Assembly: GCA_017881915.1 (NCBI GenBank) | Contig: JADGQK010000003.1 | Span: forward strand, 7,365-71,364 | Source of the DNA: Chloroflexota bacterium | Lineage (GTDB): Bacteria > Chloroflexota > Limnocylindria > Limnocylindrales > CSP1-4 | Reading direction: 5' to 3' | Length of the DNA: 64,000 nt | In this document: positions 1 to 14,312 of the stretch, one piece after another | Layout of the letters: each line of letters begins with the position of its first letter | Position numbering within the stretch: position 1 is the stretch's first letter | The notes under the pieces: model-generated | What the model was told of the DNA's origin: nothing | What the model saw: only the letters and a program-made list of their open reading frames with translations | Database searches by the model: none | Made by a program: the position numbers and the translations under genes

Positions 1-1068
1 GCTTGGATCGGGGAGGCGGAGCTCGAGGCGCGTACCAAGGAGGTCCATCGGGGTCTTCGGCTCGTCGGGCGGAGCCGGTACGCGAATCAGCGCCGATCGA
101 TTTCGTCGACCCCAACTGCCGGCAACCGGCGCCTCGTAGCCGGGCACCAGTCGCTTGTACGAATTCACCAGCGGCGCAAGCAGGGCACACATGCCGGGGG
201 CATGTTCGAGCTGCCCGGCGGCGAAGGCGCGGCCGGCAATCGACAATCCGTACGGATCCGTCGGGTCGTGGAAGACGTTGTCCCCGTCGTCGCGGCAGGC
301 CACCTGATGGACATGCATGCCCGAGCCGGCCGCGTCCATGAGCGGCTTCGGCATGAAGCTGGCCTGTAGCCCGAACTGCTGGGCAAGCTCCTTGATGGCG
401 GGCTTGAGGGTGGTCAGCGCGTCCGCGGCCAGTAGGGCAGGCTGGAGCGGCAGGTCCACCTCGAACTGGCCCGTCGCGACCTCGTGATGGCTTGATTCGA
501 CCGAGATCCCCATCCGCTCGAGGGCGGCAACGATCTGTAGCTCTAGCTGGCGCGTCCGGCCCCGACTCCGCTCGAAGTAGCTTCCCGGGTCATCGCCAAG
601 GAGCTCGATCCGATCGGCATCGGCCGGGAAGAGGAAGAACTCCACCTCCGGCGCGACGAGATAGTCGAGGCCGCCCTGGTGCGCCTGCGTGACCACCCGG
701 CGCAGGACCGAGCGCGTGTCACCGGCGTACGGCCGGCCGTCGGGCGTGACGATATCGCAGATCAGGCGCGCGCAGACGGGCTCCGTCGTCGGCTCGGTCA
801 GGCTGAAGGTGGACGCGTCAGGCCGCAGGTACATGTCCGACTCGAGCTCACGCGCCGATCCTTCAATCGCCGAACCGTCGAACCACTCCCCGCTCGTCAG
901 GACGTCCCGCAATCGGCGAACGGGGATGAAGACACTCTTCAGAGTTCCGGTGATATCGGCAAACTGCAGCTCTGCCTGGACGGCCCCGCTCTCGGTACTC
1001 TTGCGGACGACGTCCTCAAGGTCCGGTCCGCGACCATGGTGGGCTGGCTGAGGGGTGGATGGGCTCAT
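1..1068 (-). CDS. glnA: glutamine synthetase family protein (type I-like), C-terminus beyond window edge
   Basis: Absent from the ORF track because it runs off the window. My minus-strand translation from ATG 1068-1066 stays open to base 1 (356 codons): MSPSTPQPAHH...; GS motifs EVEFFLF, HHEVATGQFE, FMPKP, GSGMHVH, NSYKRLVPGYEAP. Confidence 0.85.
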   Translation of the reverse strand, partial: MSPSTPQPAHHGRGPDLEDVVRKSTESGAVQAELQFADITGTLKSVFIPVRRLRDVLTSGEWFDGSAIEGSARELESDMYLRPDASTFSLTEPTTEPVCARLICDIVTPDGRPYAGDTRSVLRRVVTQAHQGGLDYLVAPEVEFFLFPADADRIELLGDDPGSYFERSRGRTRQLELQIVAALERMGISVESSHHEVATGQFEVDLPLQPALLAADALTTLKPAIKELAQQFGLQASFMPKPLMDAAGSGMHVHQVACRDDGDNVFHDPTDPYGLSIAGRAFAAGQLEHAPGMCALLAPLVNSYKRLVPGYEAPVAGSWGRRNRSALIRVPAPPDEPKTPMDLLGTRLELRLPDPS

Positions 1069-1110
1069 CAGCGTGTCACCTGTTCCGGGTACGTGGCGAT
1101 TGCACGCCGA

Positions 1111-2100
1111 TCATTTCGCCGCATGGACGAACAGGTAATAGATCACGACCAGCAGCGTACTCGCGACGAGGAAGCCGATGCTGATGCCGGCCACGAGGAG
1201 CCACAACCCTCGTTGGGACTCCGGCTTGACCGGCATCTCGTCCGCGAACACGAAGCTGCCCAGGTCGAGATCGTGCCAATGCTCGAGGTCGGCCAGGAGG
1301 GCGGAGGCGTCCTGGTAGCGATCATCCGGGTCTTTGCGCAGGCACTTGCGCACGATTCCCTCGACCGGAGCCGGCACGTCGGGCACGAACTCGTGGATCG
1401 CCGGGAAGGGCGCGTTCAGGTGTTGGCTCATCACCGAGAGGGGGTTGTCTCCTTCCCAGGGAACCCGACCGGCGAGCATCTCGTAGAGCATCACGCCCAT
1501 CGCGTAGACGTCGGTCCGGGCGTCACCGCGCTTGCCCTGGATCTGTTCGGGGGCCATGTAGTCTGGTGTCCCGACCGCGGAGGTCAGCCACCGCCAGGTC
1601 AGCCGGCGAGCGCCGGTCAGAAGCGCGATCCCGAAGTCGGTCACGACAAGTCGGTTGTCGGCGGTGACCAGGACGTTCTCTGGCTTCAGGTCGCGGTGGA
1701 AGACTCCTTGCGCGTGGGCGTAGGCCATCGCGGCTGCCAGCTGCTTCGCAAAGTCGACCGCCTGGTCGACCGTCAGCCGGCCGCTACTGGCGAGGCGAGC
1801 ACGCAATGTCTCGCCGTCCACGTACTCCATGACAAGGTAGGGCCGGCTCCGGTCGCCGCCCACGTCATACGAGTGCTGGATCCCCGGATGATCGAGCCGC
1901 TTGGCGATCTCCATCTCGCGCCGAAACCGATCGAACGCCGAAACGTCGCCGAGGATCGACTCGTGGGGGCACTTCAGCACGACCCGCCGGCCATCCGGGC
2001 CATCGGCCAGGAAGACATCGCTGAATGCACCGTGTCCGATCGCCTCAAGCAGGGTGAACCCGTCGAGTTGCTCGCCGATGACCAGGTCGCGCGTCGTCAT
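1111..2100 (-). CDS. Ser/Thr protein kinase (Hanks type) with one C-terminal TM helix
   Basis: GHGAFSDV glycine loop, VLK, HRDLKPENVLV, DFG, APE; hydrophobic C-terminal segment; ATGA overlap with the upstream phosphatase stop. Confidence 0.9.
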   Translation of the reverse strand: MTTRDLVIGEQLDGFTLLEAIGHGAFSDVFLADGPDGRRVVLKCPHESILGDVSAFDRFRREMEIAKRLDHPGIQHSYDVGGDRSRPYLVMEYVDGETLRARLASSGRLTVDQAVDFAKQLAAAMAYAHAQGVFHRDLKPENVLVTADNRLVVTDFGIALLTGARRLTWRWLTSAVGTPDYMAPEQIQGKRGDARTDVYAMGVMLYEMLAGRVPWEGDNPLSVMSQHLNAPFPAIHEFVPDVPAPVEGIVRKCLRKDPDDRYQDASALLADLEHWHDLDLGSFVFADEMPVKPESQRGLWLLVAGISIGFLVASTLLVVIYYLFVHAAK

Positions 2101-3035
2101 GATCGGAAGAACCGTTTCCAGCCCGAGGCTGCCTCGGGCGGCCGCCCGGCCGCATGGACGCGCAGGGCAAGGGCGCTCGAGTTGTCCTCCCCCCCGCGCT
2201 GGACGGCCAGCTCCACCAGCTGCTCACAAGCCGACCGGACGCCGTCCCGGAGGGCTGCGGCAATCTCGTTCGCATCCACCTTGCTCCATAGGCCGTCGGA
2301 GCACAGGAGGTAGACGTCGCCATCGATCAGGGCCTCACGTCCGATGTCGGCCCGCACGATCAGGTCTGCGCCCAGGGAGCGCGTCAGGGCATTCCGGGCG
2401 GGGTGGTCGGCGGCCTGCTCCGGCGTGATCAGTTTCAAGCGAAGCATCTCCATGACCTGGGTATGGTCGGTCGTCAGGAGCTCGAGTGTGTCGCCGCGCA
2501 GCCGATAGGCCCGGCAGTCACCCACGTGGGCCACGTGGACCTCGCCCGGGCTCAGCAGGAGGGTGGTCAACGTCGTCTGCATCTTGCGCGTTCCCTGACC
2601 GGACAGGGCGGCGTCGAAGACGCGCTGGTTTGCGGCACTGTACGCATTCCGCAGGACGCCCGCCGGGCGGCCACCGGGTTCGCCCGGCTGGCTCGTCCGC
2701 GCCAGCAGCTCGGCGATCGCCAGGCAACTGGCGACATCGCCCCCGCCGTACGCACCCAGCCCGTCGGCCACAGCAAACAGGAGGCCGCGTCCAGGGCGCT
2801 CGCTGCGTGTTTCACCGACCGGACCCCACACGGCTCGACCGGGGAGATCGAGAGCGATTGGATCCGCCAGACTACCGAACACAGTCGTGTCGGCCCCACC
2901 GGCGACGCCACCCCAGCCCAGGTGGTCTTCGTTCCGTTCCCGGACGGGGCCAGTCGTCGACAGCGCGGCATATTCGACCAGCAGGCTGGCCTGCTCCGCG
3001 CCAGGCAGTTCGGGGAGGCTGTGCTCGATCGTCAG
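2097..3035 (-). CDS. PP2C-family Ser/Thr phosphatase (start uncertain, probably non-canonical CTG)
   Basis: VADGLGAYGGGDVAS and CSDGLW motifs in the tracked ORF. The motif-1 signature GPVRERNED is encoded at 2925-2951, upstream of the tracked GTG 2882, in the same open frame. Confidence 0.8.
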   Translation of the reverse strand: MTIEHSLPELPGAEQASLLVEYAALSTTGPVRERNEDHLGWGGVAGGADTTVFGSLADPIALDLPGRAVWGPVGETRSERPGRGLLFAVADGLGAYGGGDVASCLAIAELLARTSQPGEPGGRPAGVLRNAYSAANQRVFDAALSGQGTRKMQTTLTTLLLSPGEVHVAHVGDCRAYRLRGDTLELLTTDHTQVMEMLRLKLITPEQAADHPARNALTRSLGADLIVRADIGREALIDGDVYLLCSDGLWSKVDANEIAAALRDGVRSACEQLVELAVQRGGEDNSSALALRVHAAGRPPEAASGWKRFFRS

Positions 3036-3100
3036 CGTGGCTGCCGCTCCACTAGTGTCGGATGGGCTCGCTCAGTTCGAGACGGGATTGGGCGACCCGG

Positions 3101-4648
3101 CTAGCTGCCGGCACGGGCCCGGATCAGCAGCGGCTTCCGCTGCCTGGCTGAGTTGAAGACGAGCCAGACCGCACCGACCACGATCCAGGCGACGACGAAG
3201 GCCAGGGCAATGAGCGTGTCAGTCTGGGTCGAACCGCCGGCGGAGACGCTCTCGACGATCACCGCCCCGAGCATCGCGATGTTGGCCAGGAACCCGACGA
3301 CCGGGATCAGGATGTGCTTCAGGACGTTCCGGTTGCTCTTGCCGGCGAAGGCAACGAGCACGACCGCGTTGGTCAGGCCATACACGATGAACGTACCCGT
3401 GTTCGAGGCAAGGGTGATCTGGAGGAGGTTGTCGGCGCTGAGGACGCCGTAGGCCCCGAAGATCGCCGAAATGGCGGCCAGGGCCAGGACCCCGTAGTGC
3501 GGTGTGGCGTACTTGCCGTGGAGCAGGCCGAGCAGGCTCGGCATCTCCTTGTCCCGGCCCATGACGTAGGTGATCCGCACGCCCGTGTTGAGGCAGGCCA
3601 GGGTCGTCCCGATCAGGGCGATCAACACCGTCGCGCCGAGGATGAGGGCCAGGATCGTGCCGGTGCCGCCCAGCATCGTGTCGCCAATGAACTTGATCAT
3701 GTCCCCGATCGGCGCGCCCGATGCCGCCGCGGCCGCGTAGCCGCTGACCGTCGCCGTTGCACCGCCGCTCGTGACCTGGGCGGTGACCCCGCTGTTGACG
3801 AAGAAGTTCGTTGCAACGTACTCGATGAGATAGGCGAACAGACCCTGGATCGCGAGGGACAGCAGCACCGCCCGGCGGACGTCGCGCTTCGGATTGACTG
3901 CCTCGGCACCGAGAGCGGTGACCGACTCGAAGCCGACGAGGAGCAGGATGGCGATCGTGCCCTGGAACAGGACGTTCGTGATGTTATGTGGGAGCACGAC
4001 CGACAGGATGTCCGGGTGCTCGTACTGGAGCTGGGGATGGGTGAGCCGGAAGATGATGGCCAGGGCCGAGAAGACGACCAGCGCCGTGAGCTGGATCACG
4101 TTGATGATGATCGCCGTCATCGTCGATCCGCTGATCCCGCGGAAGGCGATGAAGCCGCTGACGGCCGAGAACACGACGACCGCGCCGATCTCGAGCGGCG
4201 TGCTCAGGGCGACCCCGAACAAGCCCAGGATGTACACGAGCAGGGTACCCGTGAAGGCGACCATGATCCCGGGGTAGATCCAGTAGTAGAGGTGGGAGAC
4301 CCAGCCGACGATGAACTTGGCGAGGCGCGCGAAGCGGTAGTGCTCAGGCCGTTCCTTGTCGAGGAAGGCAGCCTCGGCGAAGTAGTACGACGACCCGGCA
4401 CCCGCCTCGGGATAGAGGTTCGCCAGCTCCGCGTAGGAGTAGGCAGTCAGGAAGGCCAGGACGAGCACGAACATCAGGCCGGTCACCATGTCGTGAGCCG
4501 TCGTGCCGCCGCCGTTCTGCTGGACATTCTGCGCCTGGAACGTCGTCCACAGGAACGCGCCCGGTGCAATCAGCGCCATCGCGTTGATCGTCAGTCCGGT
4601 CAGCGACAGGGTCTTCTTCATTGCTCCGGCGGCCGGTGCGGTCATCAA
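3101..4648 (-). CDS. APC-superfamily amino acid/polyamine permease
   Basis: 515 aa, about 12 hydrophobic segments, typical APC N-terminal pattern; GGAGGG 5 nt upstream of ATG 4648. Confidence 0.85.
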   Translation of the reverse strand: MMTAPAAGAMKKTLSLTGLTINAMALIAPGAFLWTTFQAQNVQQNGGGTTAHDMVTGLMFVLVLAFLTAYSYAELANLYPEAGAGSSYYFAEAAFLDKERPEHYRFARLAKFIVGWVSHLYYWIYPGIMVAFTGTLLVYILGLFGVALSTPLEIGAVVVFSAVSGFIAFRGISGSTMTAIIINVIQLTALVVFSALAIIFRLTHPQLQYEHPDILSVVLPHNITNVLFQGTIAILLLVGFESVTALGAEAVNPKRDVRRAVLLSLAIQGLFAYLIEYVATNFFVNSGVTAQVTSGGATATVSGYAAAAASGAPIGDMIKFIGDTMLGGTGTILALILGATVLIALIGTTLACLNTGVRITYVMGRDKEMPSLLGLLHGKYATPHYGVLALAAISAIFGAYGVLSADNLLQITLASNTGTFIVYGLTNAVVLVAFAGKSNRNVLKHILIPVVGFLANIAMLGAVIVESVSAGGSTQTDTLIALAFVVAWIVVGAVWLVFNSARQRKPLLIRARAGS

Positions 4649-4788
4649 TCCCTCCTCGAGTGGTGGCCTCGACGGTCTGCGGTCGGTGCCATCGATCCTC
4701 GGTCGGGCCGGGCCCGCGGCGCCACGGTCGGAACGCGGAGCCAGGTAGTCGGGTCGGTTGCGGCCGGGTTGCGGTTTCGCGACCCCGG

Positions 4789-5517
4789 CTAGCTTCGGTC
4801 GCCCACGTCACCGGCCGCGATGCGCAGGCCGTAGCCCCGCCCGCGGACGTTGCGCAGGCCCGGGTGGCCCTCCGCGACGAGCTTCTGGTTCAGGTGATTC
4901 AGGTGGGTCCGCAAGGTCTCCGGGTCGACCTCCCGATGATCCGCCCAGCCGGCCCGCAGGAGCTTCCAGTGGTCGACGATCTCGCCCCGCCGGGCCGTGA
5001 TCACTGCCAGCAGCTCGAACTCGGTCGGGGTCAGGGCAAGGCGCCGGCCGGAGACGCTCGCCTCGCGCCGTCCGCCGTCGACCTCGAGGCCGTCCAGGTT
5101 TGCCTCGGGGCCGGTCGTCGAGGGTGGCCGGCGGCGCAGGGCGGCGTTCACCCGGGCGATCAGCTCGAGCTGGCGGACCGGCAGGGGGACCACGTCGGCG
5201 GCACCTGCGTCCAGGGCCGCCACGACCCGATCCTCGTCACGGGTGTCGGCGACGACGATGATCGGCGCGTCGCTGCGGGCGTGAAGCCGGGCGACCAGGG
5301 TGGTCAGGTCGGGCTCGGGGCCCCCGAGACACACGACAACGTAGTCCGGTGCCTCTTCGACGAGACGGGCGAGGGCGGACTCGACCCGATAGGCCGTCAC
5401 GATCTCGTGGCCGGCGGCGCCCAGGGCACTCGCGATCGCCCCGACGTCCGCCGGGTCCGGGGCAGCCACGAGTGCGCGCGGGCGGGCAGGCGTTTGCCGG
5501 GGATCGGGCTCAGGCAT
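4789..5517 (-). CDS. OmpR/PhoB-type winged-helix regulator with degenerate (pseudo) receiver domain, no partner kinase adjacent
   Basis: C-terminal LTPTEFELL...VRGRGYGL winged helix. Receiver aligns to the canonical RR at 61635-62399 but lacks the phospho-chemistry residues. Start taken at the internal Met (MPEPDPRQ). Confidence 0.8.
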   Translation of the reverse strand: MPEPDPRQTPARPRALVAAPDPADVGAIASALGAAGHEIVTAYRVESALARLVEEAPDYVVVCLGGPEPDLTTLVARLHARSDAPIIVVADTRDEDRVVAALDAGAADVVPLPVRQLELIARVNAALRRRPPSTTGPEANLDGLEVDGGRREASVSGRRLALTPTEFELLAVITARRGEIVDHWKLLRAGWADHREVDPETLRTHLNHLNQKLVAEGHPGLRNVRGRGYGLRIAAGDVGDRS

Positions 5518-5570
5518 GACTCCGAACGGTAGCGGCCCTGGAATCGATCGCCGAGAGCGCCTTGGTCGCG

Positions 5571-5591
5571 GTTTCGTTGCCGGCCGGTGAC
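5571..5591. promoter_or_regulatory. candidate GlnR-type box in the gltB / regulator divergent region
   Basis: The reverse complement reads GTCAC-CGGCCG-GCAAC-GAAAC, resembling the actinobacterial gTnAc-n6-GaAAc half-site layout. Single occurrence, weak. Confidence 0.2.
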
Positions 5592-5727
5592 GAGCCGGTG
5601 CCCGTGCCATCTCGCAACCCTGGGGCGACCGGCCCGTCGTCCAACAGCACCACGAGCGCTACCGACCCGCCCCGGGCGGGTGCCTACGGTCGTGATCCCG
5701 CCGCCGCGAGCTCCGAGGACCGCCCAG

Positions 5728-10419
<4,692 letters not shown>

Positions 10420-11593
10420 CGGGCCGCTTCGACCCGCAGGGGCAGGCCGAAGATCTCGATGAAGCCAACCGCGCTGGCATGGTCGAAGGCGTCGTCGGCC
10501 TCGTACGTGGCCAGGCTTCGATCGTAGAGTGAGAGCGGTGACCGGCGGCCGACCAGGACCGCGTTGCCATGATCGAGCCGGATTCGGGCGTCGCCGCTGA
10601 CGACCCGCTGGGACGATGCAACGTAGCCGCGCAGGTCGCGGTGGAGGGCGCTGAACCACAGGCCGTCGTAGGTCAGCCGGGCCAGCTCGTCGGCCACCAG
10701 CCGGTTGAACCGGAGGGTGTCCTTGGACAGGACCAGGCCCTCGACTGCCCGGTGGGCGGTGTGCAGGACCGTAGCGGCCGGCGCCTCGTAGATTTCCCGG
10801 CTCTTGATCCCCACGAGGCGGTCCTCGACATGGTCGATCCGGCCGACCCCGTGGGCTCCCGCAAGGGCATGGAGTCGCTCGACGAGCTCGAGCGGCGGCA
10901 GTCGATCGCCGTCCAGGGCGACCGGCACGCCACCCTCGAAGGTCAGCGTGACCTCGACCGGTTGTGGCGCGGCCCCTGCTGCCACCGTCCACTCGTAGAC
11001 GTCGGCCGGCGGACTCACCCAGGGGTCCTCCAGGACACCGGTCTCGATCGAGCGACCCCACAGGTTCACATCGATCGAGTAGGGCGACGACTTCGTGATC
11101 GGAATCTCTATGCCGCGGGCGTTGGCGTAGTCGATCTCCTGATCGCGGGACAGGCCCATCCCGACCCGCATCGGGGCAATCACCTTCAGGCTCGGGTTAA
11201 GGGCATGCACGGCGACATCGAAGCGGACCTGGTCGTTGCCCTTCCCGGTGCAGCCGTGGGCGACCGCGTCCGCGCCCTCGCGCGCGGCAACCTCGCACAG
11301 GAGCTGGGCGATCAGCGGCCGGGCCAGCGCGGTGGCCAGCGGGTAGGCGCCCTGGTAGAGCGCGTTTGCCTGCAGGTGCGGCCACACAAAGTCGGTCAGG
11401 AAGTGCTCCCGGGCATCGACCACGTAGGCTCGACTGGCGCCGGCGCTCATTGCCCGGGCCTCGACCCCTGGTCGGAGCGAGCCGCCGCCCAGGTCCACGG
11501 TGAGGGTGATCACATCGACCCCGAACTGCTCGCGCAGCCAGGCCACGGCGACCGATGTATCAAGTCCGCCGGAGTAGGCGAGGACGACCTTCT

Positions 11594-12112
11594 TCATGGG
11601 GACACCTCCGCGCTGGACTGCGCCTGGATCAACTGGAAGCGCTCCAGCCAACCTTCGAGGCGGGAGTCATCGGCGAACAGGACGAGGAGCGTATTGTCGC
11701 CCGCCAGCGTCCCTTCCTGCTCGGTCAGGGTCGACTCGTCGATCGCCTGGGCGATCGTCCCGGCCGTGCCCGGCGTCCCGGTCAGGAGCAGGACGAGGCC
11801 GCTCCGGCCAACCCGAACCGGGATGTCGGCGAGGATCCGCCGGAGGCGCTCGTCGGACGAGGCCCGGCCCATTGGACGCGGCGCCAGGTCGTCGGTCGAC
11901 ATGTACACGTGGCGGTCGCCGCGGGTCACCTTGATCAGGCCCAGCTCGGCGATGTCCCGGCTGATCGTGGCCTGGGTCACGGCGTGGCCGCGATCGAGGA
12001 GGACCTCGGCCAGCTCGGCCTGGCTGCCGATCGGCCGGCTCGCCACGATGTCGCGGATCGCCCGGCGCCGGTCGGCCGCGCCCGCCTCGAGGGTGAGCTT
12101 TCGGCCGTTCAC
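11594..12112 (-). CDS. argR: arginine repressor
   Basis: N-terminal winged helix (SQAELAEVL...VTQATISRDIAELGL) plus C-terminal oligomerisation/arginine-binding domain; GTG start. Confidence 0.9.
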   Translation of the reverse strand: MNGRKLTLEAGAADRRRAIRDIVASRPIGSQAELAEVLLDRGHAVTQATISRDIAELGLIKVTRGDRHVYMSTDDLAPRPMGRASSDERLRRILADIPVRVGRSGLVLLLTGTPGTAGTIAQAIDESTLTEQEGTLAGDNTLLVLFADDSRLEGWLERFQLIQAQSSAEVSP

Positions 12113-12901
12113 TCAGGCCGCTCCCGCAGTGGCCGAGCGCGCGGCCGTCAGCCGGGTGCCGAAGGTCGGGTCGTCGAGGGCACGCGCCAGGGCATGCGCT
12201 GCCGAGCCATCGGCGATGATCGCCTCGGCGCCGGCCCAGCCGAGGGCGGCCTGCGCAGCGCGGACCTTGGGAATCATTCCGCCGGCGATCACCCCGGAGG
12301 CGATCAGCGCCTCCGCTTCACCCGCCGTCAGCGAATCGAGGCGCCGGCCGTCGGCATCGCGGATCCCGTCGACATCGGTCAGCAGGATGAGCTGGCGGGC
12401 CCCCAGGCCTGCGGCGATTCCCGCCGCGGCATCGTCGGCGTTGACGTTGCACACGATGCCATCCTCGTCCCGGGCAAGTGGTGCGACGACCGGCACCTGG
12501 CCCCCGACCAGGACTGCGTCGAGCAGGTCGCGCCGGAGGCCGACAACATGGGCCACCAGGCCCATCCCGGGGATCCTTTCGGCCACCAGGAGACCGCCGT
12601 CCACACCGGACAGGCCGACGGCGTCAACCCCCAGGTCGTGCAGGCCGGCGACGAGCTCGCTGTTGACGACCCCGCGCAGGACGGCCGCCGCCACCTCGAG
12701 CGCGGCGGCATCGGTGACCCGCAGGCCGCCCTCGAACCGGCTCGGCACGCCCAGCCGTTCGAGCCACTCGCTGATCCGCTTGCCGCCGCCGTGGACCAGG
12801 ACGACCGGCCGGTGACGGGCGACCGAGGCAATCTCGACGAATACCTGCTGCTGCTCGGCGATCGTGCTCCCGCCGAGCTTGATCACCAGGATCTCGCTCA
12901 T
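12113..12901 (-). CDS. argB: acetylglutamate kinase
   Basis: VIKLGGS, VLVHGGG, amino-acid kinase fold signature; position in the arg operon. Confidence 0.9.
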   Translation of the reverse strand: MSEILVIKLGGSTIAEQQQVFVEIASVARHRPVVLVHGGGKRISEWLERLGVPSRFEGGLRVTDAAALEVAAAVLRGVVNSELVAGLHDLGVDAVGLSGVDGGLLVAERIPGMGLVAHVVGLRRDLLDAVLVGGQVPVVAPLARDEDGIVCNVNADDAAAGIAAGLGARQLILLTDVDGIRDADGRRLDSLTAGEAEALIASGVIAGGMIPKVRAAQAALGWAGAEAIIADGSAAHALARALDDPTFGTRLTAARSATAGAA

Positions 12902-12911
12902 CGCGGCCCGC

Positions 12912-14312
12912 TCATGTCGTGTACTCCGCGTTCTCGATCACGTACTCCTCGGTCAGATCACAGCCAAACGCCTCGCCGCTGCCCACGCCAAGGCCCAGGT
13001 CGAGCCGGACGAGGATCTCGGGGGCGTCCATCGCCACCCGCACGGCGGCCCGATCGAAGTCCAGCGGTCCGCCCGCCGGGCCGTCGAAGACGAGCTCACC
13101 GGCAATCGCGATCCGGAGCCTGGTCGCGTCGAGCCTGACCGGCTTGCCCGCGCGCTCCGCGGCGACGGCGCTCGGGATGCCGGCCGCCTCCATGACAGCC
13201 GCATCGGCCAGCCGCCCGTTGCCCGCGGCTGCCACGATCCGGCCCCAGTTCGGGTCACGACCATGGGCCGCGGCCTTGACCAGCGAGCTGGCGACGACCG
13301 AGCGGGCGATCGCCCGCGCGTCGGCATCGTCGAAGGCGCCGGACACCTGGCAGGTGAGCAGGGTGGTGGCCCCCTCGCCATCGGCCGCCTGTTGCCGGGC
13401 GAGGTCGCGGGCCACGCCTTCGATCGCCCGCCCGAGCTGGCGGGCGGCCTCCGATCCGGTACGGACCGGGGCGGTCCGGCTGGCGCCCGAGGCGAGCACG
13501 AAGACCGTGTCGTTCGTGCTCGTATCCCCGTCGACGGTCAGCTGATCCCAGGTCCGGGCGGCGGCCGGTCGGAGGAGGTCACGGAGCAGGGCCGGCTCGA
13601 TCGCGGCGTCGGTCAGGATGACCGACAGCATCGTGGCCATCCCGGGGTGGATCATCCCGACGCCCTTGGCGCAGCCGCTGACGGTGACCGACCGGACGGC
13701 ATAGCCGTCGGCGTCGGGCAAGGCGATGACCGTGGTTGCGAGCTTGGTCCGCGAGTCGGTCGTTCGGAGGGCCACGGCCACCGCCTCCCAGCCGGCGTCG
13801 GTTTCGGTCAGGCCGGCCGGCACGAGGGTCGCCAGGCCCGCGCCGACCGTGGAGAGCGGCAGGCGGGTCCCGATGATCCCGGTCGAGAGGTGCAGGGTCC
13901 GATCGGCCGCGATGCCCGTGGCCTCCGCGAGGAGTCGGGCAACCTCGAGCTGGTCGGCCTGACCGGACGCCCCGGTCGCAGCATTGGCGCAGCCGGAGGT
14001 GGCGATGATCGCCTCGGCCCAGCCATAGCCGCCGTCGCCCTCGGTCGCCGAGGACCGCAGGTGAGCCCGACTCAGGAGCACCGGGGCGGCTGCGAACGGG
14101 TGCTGGGTGAAGACCGCAGCCGCGGCGGCCGGTCCGCCGGTGGTCCGCACGACGGCGAGGTCCGGCCGGCCGCTGGCCTTGATCCCGGCCGCTGCACCAC
14201 CGGCGGCAAAGCCGCCCGGAAGGACCGCCCGCCGCTCGACGCTCGGCAGCCTGTCCGGCAGCGCCGCCAGGAGGTCGTCGGTGGGACTCGGTTGCCCGTC
14301 GGTCGCGGTCAT
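12912..14312 (-). CDS. argJ: bifunctional ornithine acetyltransferase / N-acetylglutamate synthase
   Basis: ArgJ pattern including the GMIHPGMATML autoprocessing region and C-terminal ...EYVIENAEYTT. Confidence 0.9.
   Translation of the reverse strand: MTATDGQPSPTDDLLAALPDRLPSVERRAVLPGGFAAGGAAAGIKASGRPDLAVVRTTGGPAAAAAVFTQHPFAAAPVLLSRAHLRSSATEGDGGYGWAEAIIATSGCANAATGASGQADQLEVARLLAEATGIAADRTLHLSTGIIGTRLPLSTVGAGLATLVPAGLTETDAGWEAVAVALRTTDSRTKLATTVIALPDADGYAVRSVTVSGCAKGVGMIHPGMATMLSVILTDAAIEPALLRDLLRPAAARTWDQLTVDGDTSTNDTVFVLASGASRTAPVRTGSEAARQLGRAIEGVARDLARQQAADGEGATTLLTCQVSGAFDDADARAIARSVVASSLVKAAAHGRDPNWGRIVAAAGNGRLADAAVMEAAGIPSAVAAERAGKPVRLDATRLRIAIAGELVFDGPAGGPLDFDRAAVRVAMDAPEILVRLDLGLGVGSGEAFGCDLTEEYVIENAEYTT

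Noticed and set aside
5587-5727. N-terminal extensions given by the ORF track for many genes (gltB 5587, cofE 21720, SIMPL 37240, SRPBCC 32976, amidinotransferase 40955, M20 41845, cytochrome c 48936, glcD 51859, IMPase 29944, argG 11651).
   Set aside because: The extensions are Arg/Pro-rich, overlap neighbouring genes, and precede internal starts that match family N-termini and give 4-nt stop-start overlaps or recognisable SD or -10 signals.
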